NCBI RefSeq assembly: GCF_000150275.1
Contig: NW_002060964.1
Span: 735,643 to 799,642, forward strand
Length of the DNA: 64,000 bases
Direction: 5' to 3'
Source: Trichoplax adhaerens
Taxonomy: Eukaryota > Animalia > Placozoa
Within the stretch, counting starts at the first letter, position 1, and every line of letters starts with the position of its first letter. Below, in pieces: positions 1 to 14,600 of this stretch. The notes beneath the pieces were generated by a model. That model ran no database searches, was not told the DNA's origin, and saw only the letters and a list, made by a program, of their open reading frames with translations. The translations under genes were made by a program, and so were the position numbers.

Positions 1-1954
1 GAACTATAACTTAATCAAAGCATGAAACCATTCTTGGAATTCTAGTATTTAAGCAACATTACAGAACTGTTTATTACTGATTCATACAATAAAATTTCTA
101 TCTCTGCAACAGTAATCATAATGGCTTGCTGCTAATTTTTTTTATTGGCTACTTATCCGATATTTCATTTGTAACTCATTGGCTGCAATTTGGTAAATTA
201 GTTCATAATACTACTTTGAAGAAATTCAATACTATATAATTCTTGAAATATTTTTCGCAATAATGTAATGTAAATTAGCGAGGTATGACATTTGAACACG
301 CTCTTTAAATAAGGTGATCACATTTCTATCATATTGAGAGATAGGACAGGAGAGTAATTCGACATTTATATACTTTGATTATTTTAAAAAAGTATTCTCT
401 CTTATAGACAAATACTTTGATGTTATGCTCTATTAGTAATATCAACTAATTAATCTGTAAGCGCGAAAAATGTCTATTGAATACTATGCACTTTTAAACA
501 CTACAACTTGCGGTAACTTGTATTCAGATTTCTGGCATAAAGCTCTATCAAGTATTTTCCATGTATTAGTCTTTATAGGTGAGCATTATAGTAAATTGAT
601 GGAAATACGATTTTTATAATTTATATGCCTAAAATGATATCTTCTATAAATTATTTGCACAAAATGACTAGGATAAACCTACCCAAAAGGTTGTTGATCA
701 ATTACAGATTGCTTCGTAATAATGTACTTTCACTTCATTAGAACGAGGTCTACAAAAGTGACCTATATTCATCCGAAATTCTCAATTTCTTCCTTTATGC
801 ATTAGATTACGAGTCCTTACTTATAACTTTGGAATTGTATAGCTTAAAATCTTATAAGTGAATTTCCACAGCAGTCCTTTACTCGGAAACCGATAAGGTA
901 AAGATCCCTGTCTCAAGTAATATCGATATAAGAGCAATTACTAATTTTGATTGATCTTCGCATAGTAGTTTTCTAGTGCCTGTATAATATACGCAGATGG
1001 CTACTCTTTATGACTATGAAATTAGAAATCAAGGCGGATTCGTTGCTACTAGTTCATCAATCAGTTAAAATGTAACAATAATCAAGTTTTATCCTTTCAT
1101 TAAAAAGATTATCAGTTATCGAAATTGGTGTTTCAGTAAAAGGCCGCAGTGAATGGTAGCGCTAGAGAATGACTTGAAAATTTCGATACAATCAATTAAT
1201 GATCGCTATCGATAACGGCATATATTAAATGTAACAAGAAAGAAGATTTATATCATTAATACTTTATAACCTGAGATCGATTTCCTATCATTTAAAATCG
1301 AGAAAATTGACTAATACATTAACTCAGTTTGATTGTTGCGTAAGGAAATGGAGAATGTAATATAATATGCTAAGAGACAAAATAATTCCCTAATTCGCAT
1401 TGCGGCTAAATACCTTTTCAACTAGTAAACACGAATGCATCTACACGTGTTCTAGTCAAAATATTAACTTTAAACAGCTAAAGGAACAGCATGAAATCGT
1501 TGTCAATTTAAGCGTAGAACGAGAACTTTTAATGTAGTACCGTACTCGCATATAGCATACAAAACTCAGATCATAGATAGTATTCAATATCTTGTTATAT
1601 CGTATAAGGTGGAAATTCTCAGAGTGTAGCTATTTATCTGGTCTAATGTACGATAATTTGGTAAAAAATTAATTCATTCGAAGCCAATCTATCCTAAACC
1701 GTAGCTACACATACTTTCATTCCTGACATATACTTAAGTGATGACCATAGGTGCAATAAATTATAAGATATTCATGCATTCTTGAAGATGAACGATAGTG
1801 ACTGGACGGTAATTAAATATAAAGACGGCGATACCACTTTAAAGCTATTACGGACAGTCTATTTCAGATCGAAAAGTGTAAAATACCTCAGTACCATGCT
1901 AACGGATTAATGGTTAAGTAATGTTCATGTCATACACATAAATACTAGATGATG

Positions 1955-3000
1955 TCGTATTTCATATTTATTATTTCATAGATATAAGCTGATACAAGCA
2001 TATGAAACGGAATAAAAAATAGAAATAGTTGAAAACAGTGTTCCGGATCGAGTCCTAATTCATTTAGTAACGTGTGATATTTTGCCAATTTAAGTGCATT
2101 GGTTTAAATATATATTTCTATTGATTGCAACTACGGCTCTTAAATGGCAATGATTTTTGCTAGAAGAGGTATATGAAAAATTCATAAGTACCACTTCGTT
2201 ATTTCATAGTACAGTAGCATATATCCTATTTCACGTTTTATTCTTATATACTGTAGAAATAAGCTGATGCAGGCTTAGGAGGTAGAATAATATATAAAAA
2301 TAGTTAAAAATGTTTATTTCTACTGATTGCTACTTCAGCTCTTAATCGGCAATGATCTTTCTTAGAAGCGATATACTGTATGAAAAATAAAAAGTATCGC
2401 TAAGTAAGTATAAGTATAATTATAAGTATAACTATAAGCATGATAAGTATCACTCTTTCAGTACCGTGCGATATTTCGTCAATTTGAGTGCACTAGTTTA
2501 AAATGTTTATTTTCTACTGATTGCTGCTACGGCTCTTAACTGACAATGATCTTTGTTAGAAGAGGAATATGAAAAATTTATAAGTACCGTATCACTTAGT
2601 TATTTTATAGTACAGTGACATATGTCCTATTTCATGTTATACTATTTTAAAGATATAAGCTGATGCAGGCTTAGGAGATGGAATAATAAATAAAAAGAAT
2701 CTAAAATATTTATTTCTACTGATTGCTGCTACGGCTCTTAATCGGCAATGATCTTTCTTAGAAGCAATATACTGTATGAAAAATGTATAGGTATCGCTTC
2801 TTTATTGCATATTACCATGATAAAGGTCCTATTTCAGGCTTTATTCTTTCATAGATTACAGGTTTAGGAGTTGGAATAAAAAATGAAAATAGTTGATAAT
2901 ATTTATTTCTACGGATTGCTACTACGACTCGTAACCGACAATGATCTTCGTTAGAAGAGATATATAAAACATTATTCCTAAGTATCACTTCTTTATTTTA
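1955..3000. repeat. Degenerate tandem repeat of about 197-bp period, about 5 copies
   Basis: Core TTTCTACTGATTGCTRCTACGGCTCTTAA..GGCAATGATCTTT.TTAGAAG at about 2115, 2317, 2511, 2713 and 2906. Confidence 0.9.
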
Positions 3001-6000
3001 TATTACTAGGAAATGCACGTATATGTTTGAAGAACGGGAAGCTATCGATGACATATCACATTTAACATTATCATCGTAGAGGTAAAAGAAAAAAGTTTGT
3101 GGCTATCACATCCTGAATAAGTTACCATATTAAATACATCATCGTAGAATATATCTATGGATAATCATAATCTCCTAATAAGTATTTCAATAATATAATC
3201 TGTTGCCATGACTTCAGTAAAACGTATGTCAGTATGTCCAACTATAATTAGCTATCATCAGTGTAATAGTAGCGCCACTAGTATATGATTCAAGTTATTT
3301 TTAACGTAGTAAACAACTGATGACAGTATTACCAAATTCGGCAACAAGCGTATATTGCGATATTATATACTGTAAATGGGAATTCTTGAACTAAAACTAC
3401 AGTAATTTCCTAAATACTTCAGTGACTGATATTACTTTTCAAGTACCCCGGAACAAAATCATATCCGGAATCGAGAACATATCGAAGGAAGTTCAATTAT
3501 AATTATCAGAATTCTGCCATATGATAGTATCGGACAACCATTGTGCAATAACTTTCTCTATTAACTCAGTTAGATAGGAATGTAATATGATTATGGGTTA
3601 AGGTTCAGTAATATGATATCTGGGTGGGATGATTGAGTAATTACTTAGCGTAATGTTATTTTAAAAGATAATTTTGTTACTTCAAGTTAAATTTGCTAAC
3701 AAATTGGAATAGATTAAAATAATAAGCTATAGTATGCTAGGATACGACGTTTAAGACCATAGAAATCTCTATCGATATGCTTTAAATTATTCCGCAGTCA
3801 TGATTGAAATCGATGAATTAGTTTGATGCCATGATAAAGTTAGAGCGATGATGACCGGATTAAACCAAAACAACATCATCATGACTGTCGATACGGACGT
3901 TGATGTTGGCTTGTTACTAACGCTACTTATTCATGGAAACTTAGCAATTTTAAATGAGATTGGATATGTTAAATTTAAATTGAATTAGCTGATTTAATAA
4001 TAGTAATGGGAGGAGTATGAGCAGAATTGATGATCGCAAGGTGGTCCGTTTTCCCGAAAAAAATAGGCATGCTAGAAAAGGAAAGAATGGAGTAAAGGCG
4101 TAATAAACCATTATCATCTATTCAACGTTTGGTGGGATGGGAAAGAGGAAGGCGGATTAAATTGCTCATCATTCTTTAATTAATAGCTATGGAATGGCAA
4201 TTGTCGCATTGATGATATGTCATTCCATAGCAGGCGTTGGGATTGAAAAACAATAAAAAGATTAAAAAATTACTAATAACGTAATCAATTACTATAGGTT
4301 AATGAGGGTCGTAATAATTTTTACCCTCGCGCTTGGACGTAAGTGCTTTGCATTATCCTATTTGTATACAAGGGAAATACAAAAAAGCAATCCTTCCATT
4401 GACGTATAGGTAACCATCCAAAATTTAATGGTTTTCTTATTATTCTTCTCTTTTTTTCCCCTCCGTCGATCATAAGTTATCGCTTTTGCGATGCAATAAA
4501 AGTCCGAAACAATTAAGAATATTCATATACTATATACAAATGTCTTACAGCAAAGAAATTTTATAGCGTAGTTGAACAAAATTGTGTATTACCCGAAGGG
4601 AAAGGGCAAAAAATTCTTCTTGAGTAGAATACAATTATGACTCTTGATTGAGTTATTGGTCACACTTTCCGGTAATATTTTTAAATACTCCGATAGAAAG
4701 CATTGTTATCAACAGAAAACACCTGTAGAGATGTTACGATAAATGATCCCTTAAAGACTTGTAATTGCAATAGATCTGTCATGATGAAAAATCTAATTAA
4801 GTTAGCTATCGGTAGTTAGATTTCCATTTGACATGTAAATTACAAAGCTAGTCGTTGGTAGTTAAAATACATGCAATTCAATTGAGAAAAAACTTATCTA
4901 ATGTTTAAAAATAAATCGCTATTCGAATACTCCTACGTCGATTAATGGGAATAGGATTACGGAGAAAAAATAATCAGCAATCGAGAGGTCAATGCTTCTA
5001 ATTCCATAATCCTAACTGCGATTGTTCCGTATCAACGATATTGATTCGCGTTAGGGCAAGAGTTCAAAATCGTTAATATGCAAATGAGATCTACTACGAT
5101 CTGATGATCGCATGATTAATACAATTAATTATTTGCATGTTGGAAACAGCTGCAGTTTTCTCTTAAAATGGGTGGGATTTGATGGACCACTGGGTGATGT
5201 ATCATAGATCATAACTATTATGATCAATATCCTATATCATCTTCAAATAGTTTACATACCCGTCTATTAATGACGTGAAAAAGATATTCAATTGGATTCA
5301 AGGGGAGTAACCTTAATTCTTTTCTATCCTATCTATGGAAGGAATCATCATCCTCTATGATACCCTAATTACGGAAAGCAGCCGATTAATCCTTATAGAT
5401 TGGCCTGCTACTTATCAGTTACTTATGGCTAAAATTGGGTTCATATGATTGATTAATTTTGCATGACAGTTGGTTCCACTCTCGAGATTAGATATTTTAT
5501 CCTATTTTTGTAACATAGGTAATACAGTTTCTTTAGGGAAGCTAAGAGTAATTAAACCAACAGCAATATTGGCCATCCTATTCCTATGTTACGTTTCTTC
5601 AATTGGATTAAGAACTAATTGAATTAATATTTATAACAGAAATAAAGGAATTTATATGTTCATGGTTTCTATCAATACACAGTAAAGTAGACCTACGTGT
5701 ATGTCCAACTATTTTTTAAAATTTTTACTTGCCTATCTTTTGTAACATTGATAGGAAGACTATTTATCTTGATTCATAGCAACTATCCATCAGTGATTTT
5801 GTCACTATGTTGTCTTCCTGTGCAACCAGTTGGATAGTAAGTAAATATCATCATTTCAACAACAATAAGCAAACTATTAGCCCTCTCTATTCGTATTGAT
5901 GAGAATATATATCTATTCTGTAATGGATATCCTGTTGCGAATGGGTTGACCAATTGATGTATTGTTAGTCATGCAATTTTTTTACTTTTGCCTTAATGAC

Positions 6001-8565
6001 AATGATGATGGATAGATTCAATGGCATCAAATCGCTAGTGTTAATAAGGCTCATCTATCGCAATTGAAATAGGAATGATAGCGTTATGATCTGTCAATAC
6101 ACTAGATGGACTGAATGATTTGTAATTTTCTAGCGTTTCAGCTAGAAATAAAGAGATCATCAAGACAAAGACCGATCGATGATGACTGACAGTAAAGCGC
6201 TTAACAAAAATTTATAGAATGCTACTCCGATGGTTACCAAAGGATTTATTCAACGAGCATGAATGTTCTAGTATTACTATTTTCTGTCAGCTTATTTAGA
6301 GTTCTAGTTATACATAGTACTGTACGCTCGTATATAAACTCCTTTGGAGATGAATCATGATATGTTGAAAGCTATAGTTTTTATTCCTATTTATTTCGAT
6401 TCCAAAGTACAATAACAGCTCCAATATCGAATTGATTTATCGCTGTAATTTACCTGGATCACCTTGACAGCCAGTAATCTAAATCGGAAAAAATCAAAAT
6501 ATCAATTCATTCGAAATAAACGCATAAGATGTACTTTAAACTGCCCCCAATTTACCTGCGTATGGCCTGAGAAGCCCTATTAGAAAAGATCATCGTTATC
6601 TCTCACTAAGCCAATATCAGAACAGAAAAATAAATGCAGATTGACTATGATAGTAATTCGGTAAGGAAAACTGGATCTTCAACATTTGTTATATGAGCAT
6701 TTATTTAAGCATTAGAGGTACTGTAAGGCTGAATCAATTGAAAATCAAGCTCGTTTCGATACGTAAATATTTGCAGATCAAGTTTTTTTGATATCACTGC
6801 TAATAAGAAGTACGTTTAGCAGGTTAGCTATCACAGTAGGCAGCAGTTATTGTTCCGTTACAATATATTAAAATTATTATAGATGATCAAGTTACTAATT
6901 GAACATTTGCCATTTCATTGCAACGTAGGGTGCCATTCCATTCATATATGCTAGAGCTAGAGAGTAGAACAACAAAAAAGTTCTTTGCCTATCAAAATAA
7001 TACCAGCCATCGAACTTACATTCCTTTCTAACTGAGGATACTTTTGTTATTGAGGACTATCCTCTTATTCATTATTGTCGATCATTTTATTGATATTGCT
7101 TCAAACATGATATGCATTCATGCGATAGCAAAGGGTGGTGTTGGGAGGAGAACTGTTCATGTTTCCTAGGATCACTGCATTATGGGATAAACTCAAGTAG
7201 AATCAACGCCAATCTGTAGGTTGTCTTGATCTTTTTTCCTAACCAGGGGAAAAATAATTCATTGTTGAAGTAATCAAATTACAAGATTAATCGATATTAT
7301 CAATTTATATTAATGCTAAATGGGTATCATTTTACATCGTATGAAGGAACAGCTTCAATTTTAAAGTTAGAATATGGATGAGCATATGTTTCCTCCCTCA
7401 CTAAAAGCTGCAATTTCTCTTTTTCTATTTCCACTTCTTGCCTATACTTTAGGTATTATTCAACATGGCCGAAAAGAAATATAGTCGTCAGATTAAAAAA
7501 ATGAATAGAAATATCTACTATAGATCAAAGTGAATATTATCGAATTAATAAGTATCAGCGGCACGCGTTAGCAATCATTCTGCCATTTTGATGTAAATTA
7601 TTCTTGACTATTTCATCATGTTAAACATTTTTGAGCGATCTGTCAGTATGTAAAAGAAACAAAAAATCGATAAATTTACTCTATTGCTACTGAAATATTA
7701 GTAGGATAGAAGAGTTAAGTATGAAGATGAACTCGATTCCATCATTCGATGCATGAAACGCATAAATATCAAAGTATTACACAGTAGATTGATGATGCTA
7801 TATCGACGTATATTATATATAAATAAATAAAAAACATTATCTTGGATTCTTAATAGTTTGATATTTTGTCATTAGCCAATAATCTCTTGGCGTCATGCAA
7901 AGAAATACAGTAATGGCCACATCCTACGTTTTACGATATATTTACTAAAAATAAGGTTTAGTGATCCTCTTTTGCACCTCCTTTTTATCCACGGTACTTT
8001 AAAATCTTAGTAATCATTAATTATTTATCAATAAAACCCAGGTAGGATTTCATAATTAACCTTAAACTGTTGACTATTGATTTAAGTGTATGGTAAATAC
8101 TGGTTCAGCAGCAGGAAATAAGTTGCAAATAGCCAATCGATCTATTCATCCATTAATACTATACTACTATAAATCTCCTCGGTATGAATTGCATAAGTTC
8201 GTCTTAGGGTAATTGCCATTTAAAGTTATTAATAGCTAAATATCTTGTGTTCACTAGCTGGGACTATTTTTCATATAGATAAGGATTCTGATTCCAAAAA
8301 TATCAGGGTACTGTAGATTAATGATAACTTATGTAATCTATAGACAAGCACATTAAACATGTCCACTTAATCATTTGCTACAAATAGATATGTACGCATG
8401 TCAGAATTAGCGGCTATTATATTGATACGTTACTCAGTCATCTCGGACTGTGAAGGTTTTCACGATGCTAAACTTATATTGATTACTTTAATTTTAAATG
8501 CTATCGATCCGATCACGTCGCAAAATTTTCTGGTAGATAGTATACATTTACGAGCAGATAATTTA

Positions 8566-8722
8566 AATCAAACAACAAAATTTATTTATTAAAGTAATCG
8601 TATGAGTCATCAATACATGTATTCTTAGATTTTCCGGTAGGAAGTTATACAAGGATAAGTAGATAGTTCAGCCAAACAACAAATTTTATTTTAAGTAATT
8701 GCATAATTCATTAATACCTGTC
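8566..8722. repeat. Short degenerate direct duplication (about 50 bp, about 104 bp apart)
   Basis: CAAACAACAAAATTTATTTATTAAAGTAATCGTATGAGTCATCAATACATGT versus CAAACAACAAATTTTATTTTAAGTAATTGCATAATTCATTAATACCTGT. Confidence 0.65.
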
Positions 8723-10019
8723 TGCAACGGGTTATGTCCAGTAACAGATGTTATTTGTACTGTATGATGATATTTAGGCATGCCAGATATATTCTATGGA
8801 TAGGATAAAGCTATTATTTTTCTACACACGTTACTATTAGTAGCTCCATTACATTTAAGGATATATAAATAATATCAAGATAATGTGTTAGATTTAGCGA
8901 TAGGAATAATATCAATAATCAATTCCTAGTCACATGATGATCGCCAACAATCAATCTAAAGTTTGCTTAGTGAACGAAGGAGTAGGTAACATACCTATTG
9001 ACTAAGATTATTCTTGGCCATCATATTATTGATGTCATAAATGTAAATGAGTTAAATGCGGGTTTATATATTATAATTACAAGCTAGATTAGTAATAACC
9101 TCTTAACAAGTCAACAAGTAGTTAGATTAGAAGGTAACAATTTGCAATAGTGAATAATGATTCTATTGAATTATGTTGAGTAAGATTGAATTTAATAGTA
9201 TAAAATAGATTATACTACTTTTATCCAAATTCATCAATGTCCTTGATGAGAATAAATTAATTAATGTTATGAAGTTGAACGATCATCTGAACGCGACATC
9301 GTTTAATATAATAGGATAACACTGAATTAAGCAGATACATCTATTTTTTGGATATAAAGATACTGTTGTACTTGAAAAATGTGTCAAACCAACTAATTAA
9401 TTGACTCTGTCAAAAAGCAGAAGTTCAATTAATACCAAATCAAAACAGCTTAAACTCCAGCTATCGAAAATTAATAATGATTCTACTCTGTATCTTCATT
9501 TTCAAGCTATTAGCAAGACTGTTTAGATAATCGCTCATCTATCCACTAAGTTATTCATTCTATACAGCGGGCATACCAAAATTACTAATATGATTATACC
9601 ATAGATCTTGTTGTATTGCAATAAGGCAAGCACGCGAGCAATCCGCAAGTCAAACAAAAATAAGCCAACGTAATCAAATAATACAGTACGAGCACATAGA
9701 ACAATTATTAATTAGAAATTTGAAGTTGAATACTAGTTATTAAACTGTCTATGCAAGAATCAGAACACCAAGGTCGATTAATGAATCAATTTTAATAAAT
9801 ATAGTAATCTTAAATACCGTTGTCGGCATCAAATTAATTTTTATCTTCTGTTACAATCTTGCATATTACTGGAGCAATGATAATTGAATCAGTCATCTTT
9901 TGAAAGACTAATATATTATCATTCTCTATGGTTCTCATTTAAACGTACAAGGAATATGCAGTATTTTCCACTATTTTGGAGCTTCTTACTTACTACTGTA
10001 TATACTGCAATATTTATCG

Positions 10020-10180
10020 TATCATCATGATAATGATAATATAATAATATCAACAATAACGATAATAATAATATATTAATAATAATGAGAATACAATGCA
10101 ATAACAATAGTGCGAATAATATGAGCGAGAATAATGATATTAGTAAGAGTAATAATAACAATATGTTAATGATAATATGA
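10020..10180. repeat. Low-complexity (AAT)n-like tract
   Basis: Degenerate AAT/GAT/AAC triplet run, which also explains the spurious Leu/Ile-rich ORF at 9919-10161. Confidence 0.8.
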
Positions 10181-10659
10181 TTGTCTTAAAACCTGTATAT
10201 CGAAGGCAAATTGATACAATTATAATGTTGTGTAATGTTCAGAAGGAAGCATTTGTAATACTTCCAAAATTTCACTCTATAATACGATAGCGATAATAAT
10301 CATAATAAAGACACAAGGTAAAAAAAAGCAGTAAGCAATCACACCTATAAACACATTAACATTACAATATATTTCATATATGTATGATATCTTAAGAAAA
10401 CATTAGCCAGTACTGTAATAGTATATAGATAAGAGGATCTCACAAGTATTTCAAAGATCTACAATAAACTATATGTTTTTAAACTGATCAAACATTATTA
10501 TCGTTGTATAGTGTAGAAAAACGTCAAGAAATAAAAAATTTGACGAAACATCTTCCTTACGTGCATGGATGTTACAAACATGTTGGAACCAATTATAAGA
10601 CAGAAATAAGGCAATAAAAAACACAAATGTTTGCTTGCGTTACACTTTCTCTCTTCATA

Positions 10660-10684
10660 ATATATATATATATATATATATATA
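10660..10684. repeat. (TA)n microsatellite in the probable Six3/6 3' UTR
   Basis: About 12 TA units. Confidence 0.9.
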
Positions 10685-11567
10685 AATTTTACACAGTTAC
10701 TATTGAAAATAAATCAACATATCTAATCATCAAATCAAACTGTCTGCATGAACACAGGTGAAATCTTAAACAACAATTTTGAACGATTCAGTGCAGCCAT
10801 GCATTTAAAACGCAATCCTTGTACAAATGATGGCAGTTGCTATTCATGATAATCAATTCAACGATAGACTCAAGTCAAACAATTTTAAATGATATTTAGT
10901 AATTTAGTAATGTCCTTATTTGCAGAAAATAATACAAATCGTAAGTGAATAACAGGGGTAAGGTACCAAGATATCGTGATTATTGCATCTATATTATGCA
11001 ATTGCTTTCAATAACTTATGCTTGGACTAAATTTATCTGCATAATGAGATCGCATATGCATTAAATTGAATATAATTAGCATAACAATCTTTCGACAACG
11101 TCAAGATGAGAGATCATGAAATAGAATAGAAAATAAAAAATGTTGGTAACATTCACAAAGTGGATCCACTTTTCATTATCATACTTTATAATATAGTAAC
11201 AATCATTTATCTTTTTCTTATCATTCCGACAGCTTTCCGTAAAGATGGCGTATCAGTAGAAATTGACAGCAATCGTATGAGAGGACGGTTGTCAGCAATA
11301 AACAACTACATTCAATATGACATCAGTACATTATTTTGTATCCAACACATCGGTATACAGTCACACCAACACACACGCGCAAACCGCTTAATCAACTATA
11401 TCCTTATTACAAAACAATATGCGATTTTATACAGTAAACGTTGACAGAATCGATAGATTCGATAAAGTAAGACATACTACTGCCATCAAAACAACAATAG
11501 AAAAACTTGAAAGCCGCACTTCGATGTTTTTATCATCAGTCAATGCTATTTAGCTGTTGTTGGCCGA

Positions 11568-11694
11568 TTATTTTCTTCTTGGATCGTCGTCTATTGTAGG
11601 ATCACAATCGGATAATGAATCAAAACCGCTCATTGATTCTACATCGTCTCGATCACTTTCTTGAGATGATTGTTTTCGATTCTGAGACGCCATC
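11568..11694 (-). CDS. Six3/6: Six3/6 terminal coding exon: (K)MASQNRKQSSQESDRDDVESMSGFDSLSDCDPTIDDDPRRK*
   Basis: Acceptor TTTTTGCACATAATAG|G at 11695/11694 is phase-compatible with the AA|GT donor at 16619 (AA|G = Lys). The frame is open for 41 further codons to TAA at 11568-11570. SLSDCD resembles the SDSECD[V/I] C-terminal motif of vertebrate SIX3/SIX6. The exon is too short for the ORF track. Confidence 0.8.
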
Positions 11695-14600
11695 CTATTA
11701 TGTGCAAAAAGGCCAAGTTAAAGTTAAAGTTTTACAAAAACAAGTTTAATGATACCTATTTTATTCATCATGATACCACAATAATATAGATCGCATTAAC
11801 AATCATCCAAACATTCATTAAGAAGAGATGCCTGAAAGCAATATACGGTTTTTATCTTATTCCACAAAAGAGATTAAAAATCTTTTATAAAGTAACTACC
11901 AAAATCATCAACACGAAAAATAGCCTCATAGTGAATACGATCTTTGCAATATCTTTAAAATTTTTTTTTGCATAATAGACTCTAAGTTACGGATTTTAAG
12001 ACGTATGAGAACGATTAAGCAGGATCATGTTATTGTTAACCGTAATCGTCACTATTATAACAATATGACAAAGACTAATAACTAACATATTAGACTATAA
12101 TGCCACTCGGTTTATAATAGATAATGATAATATAACAATAGAAAGTAAATATCTAATTCTTTCCTTGACTGTTAACTATTGAATTAGCAATAGAAAGAAA
12201 TAACGCTTTAACGATAATGCATTTATTATGCAGCTAGTAAGTATCTTAAAAATCTGTGATCATCGATCGATTATTAGAATTCTGCTGTAGACAAGGTCAC
12301 TTCTTTCTATATCAACTGCTACAGCAACGGTCGATAATTTTACAAATTGCCCTAATTCAGATAGCATGAGATGATTTAGTACCAAAAAGGTAACGCTATA
12401 GGATTCTAAATATTGACTATAGCAATTACGGTAAGTTATGGATCATGCTATCGGAATATAAAAAAATAATTCTAAAATATATGTTTAATGAAAAAGTACA
12501 GGCTACATAATTTATAACTTTAATTACAGGTTGAGTACAGTTTGGTAATAAATATAAAACTACCATTAGTACCAATCTAGCGTGATTTTTTCTGGCTATT
12601 CTAAGCTGTTGCTCATGTAAATAAATAAATTAGCACGTCAGTATAGTTTACTTAATATTATATAATTAATATCTATTTGCATGTTACGAGAAGTTTGCCG
12701 TTCACAGATAAAAGGCTCTGAGTGAATTCAAAAGTAATGGCGATAGTTCGTTCCTCTTACTAAATTACTGATAGAATAAAAGATAATATTTGTAATTTTT
12801 CCTCCATTGATCATCTACCATTAATTTATGTTACAAATGATCGATAATATCACCATCGTCATGATGATTAGTATATAGCGCAACTATTATCAAACTTTGA
12901 CTATATATTTTTATGTGGAAACAATTCAATTTTAATAATACATGTCATCCAGTAGAAAAACTATTGTAACTCTAGTTACTATTCAAGGTTACAACTGCTT
13001 ATAATGGCAAAGAAGTTAAGATAGTGTGAGACAAGTAAATTGATCACCGTCAATACGGGTAGCCTTTTCATCTATTTATTATCAATTTGGCTAAAGTATA
13101 TAATTCAATACAATCGATCAATCAATCCCTATTATTGTTGGCTTCATTGTAGAATAGCTTCATGATTTAAGAAAGAATGTTCTGTTACGTTATTATCATG
13201 ATAGCCATGATGATGAAAGTTGTCTTTTTGCACATCATTTACATCGCAATCTCAATATAAAACGATCATCCTTTTCATTTTCAAATCGTCATGATCGTGT
13301 CAAATGATTCCATATTTTTTTCTTTCACATAATTTATGAACAACATTGATCCATCCATATCTACAGTAATAGTATTTTCAATTGTATATTTTCCCATGAA
13401 GCTGAAGCATTCTTTTATTATTAATATATAATATAAAGTTAGTACCATACTGTACTTTGAGATCAGTAGTCAACTTGTCACCTGGATACATCTGTATTCA
13501 ATGATCGTTCTCAATACTGCTCTAATATTTGAGATAGAAATTACTTTTAAGATCGTTGGATTGACGAAAAAAAAAAATAATAATAATGCGCCCCGATATC
13601 ATGTATGTGACGATCCAATATTGCCCAACCTTTATCGCATACTCTCTATTAGAAGTTGAAAACGAGCCAATTCTATTATTACTAGACATCAAAGAGTGGC
13701 AAACCCCTACCGCTAATCGTTAGTATATTAATAACATAGTTTAGCGATACAATCGCGCTATTTCATTGTTTTTAAAGTTTGAGATGATGCAGACAATACA
13801 ATCGATATTTTAAAGCGATGAAGAGGATTGTCTACAAATTTCTATGCCTAGGTAGAATGGATTAACGTTTCTTTCAATAATTTATCGGAGAGTAGTTTTA
13901 TTTCTTCTCTTTGATCGTCTTCATTCTTCGTTAAAGTAGTTGAAGATGATTAAGAATAGCGGGCAGGAATATACAGTTCGATCGACATTGAAAGAAAAAA
14001 ATAGTGATCCCTCTTATTTATAAAGTGTAATGAGTTCGACTGGAATACATAAACTGGTAGCAACATTTATAATTTATAGCCATTGCTACATTAATGTTTT
14101 ACTGTCATTGGACGCGACGTAATCTCTATTAATTTCAAATAGTTTTATTGTTACTTTTTGTAGACAATCGGTCTCCGCTATAAAAAAAAAAAAAGAGTGA
14201 TTTGTATAGGCAACGAATAATGTGCTATCAGAGACGTTATCATTGAATGTATTGATGAACAGCTTCTGAAGTCAATATCAGCAGGCCATTTTGGCATTAT
14301 TTACGTACTAAAGTATTGTATATTTATTGTACGACATATAAAAGTATGCGATAAACCGATCTTGACAATTTATTCTCTCTCTCCAATGATGGTCCATTCT
14401 ATGTTCGATGGAAATGATTAATCAAAGTGCAATTGCAATCATCCTGTTCATTTCCAACTTGATTCCTTTGATCGTTGATTTCTTTCATTTTTCTATTTAA
14501 GCTACTACGCATTATGACTTGATATAAAGAAGAAGTATCACGATAGAAGTGATATATTACACTATAATAAGGCAAGGTGTAATCGATTTAGATAACGATA

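Noticed and set aside
3848-3988. 46-aa plus-strand ORF MMTGLNQNN...
   Set aside because: No recognisable domain, splice context or coding bias; within chance expectation.
9919-10161. Leu/Ile-rich ORF resembling a membrane peptide
   Set aside because: It is the antisense translation of an (AAT)n low-complexity tract.
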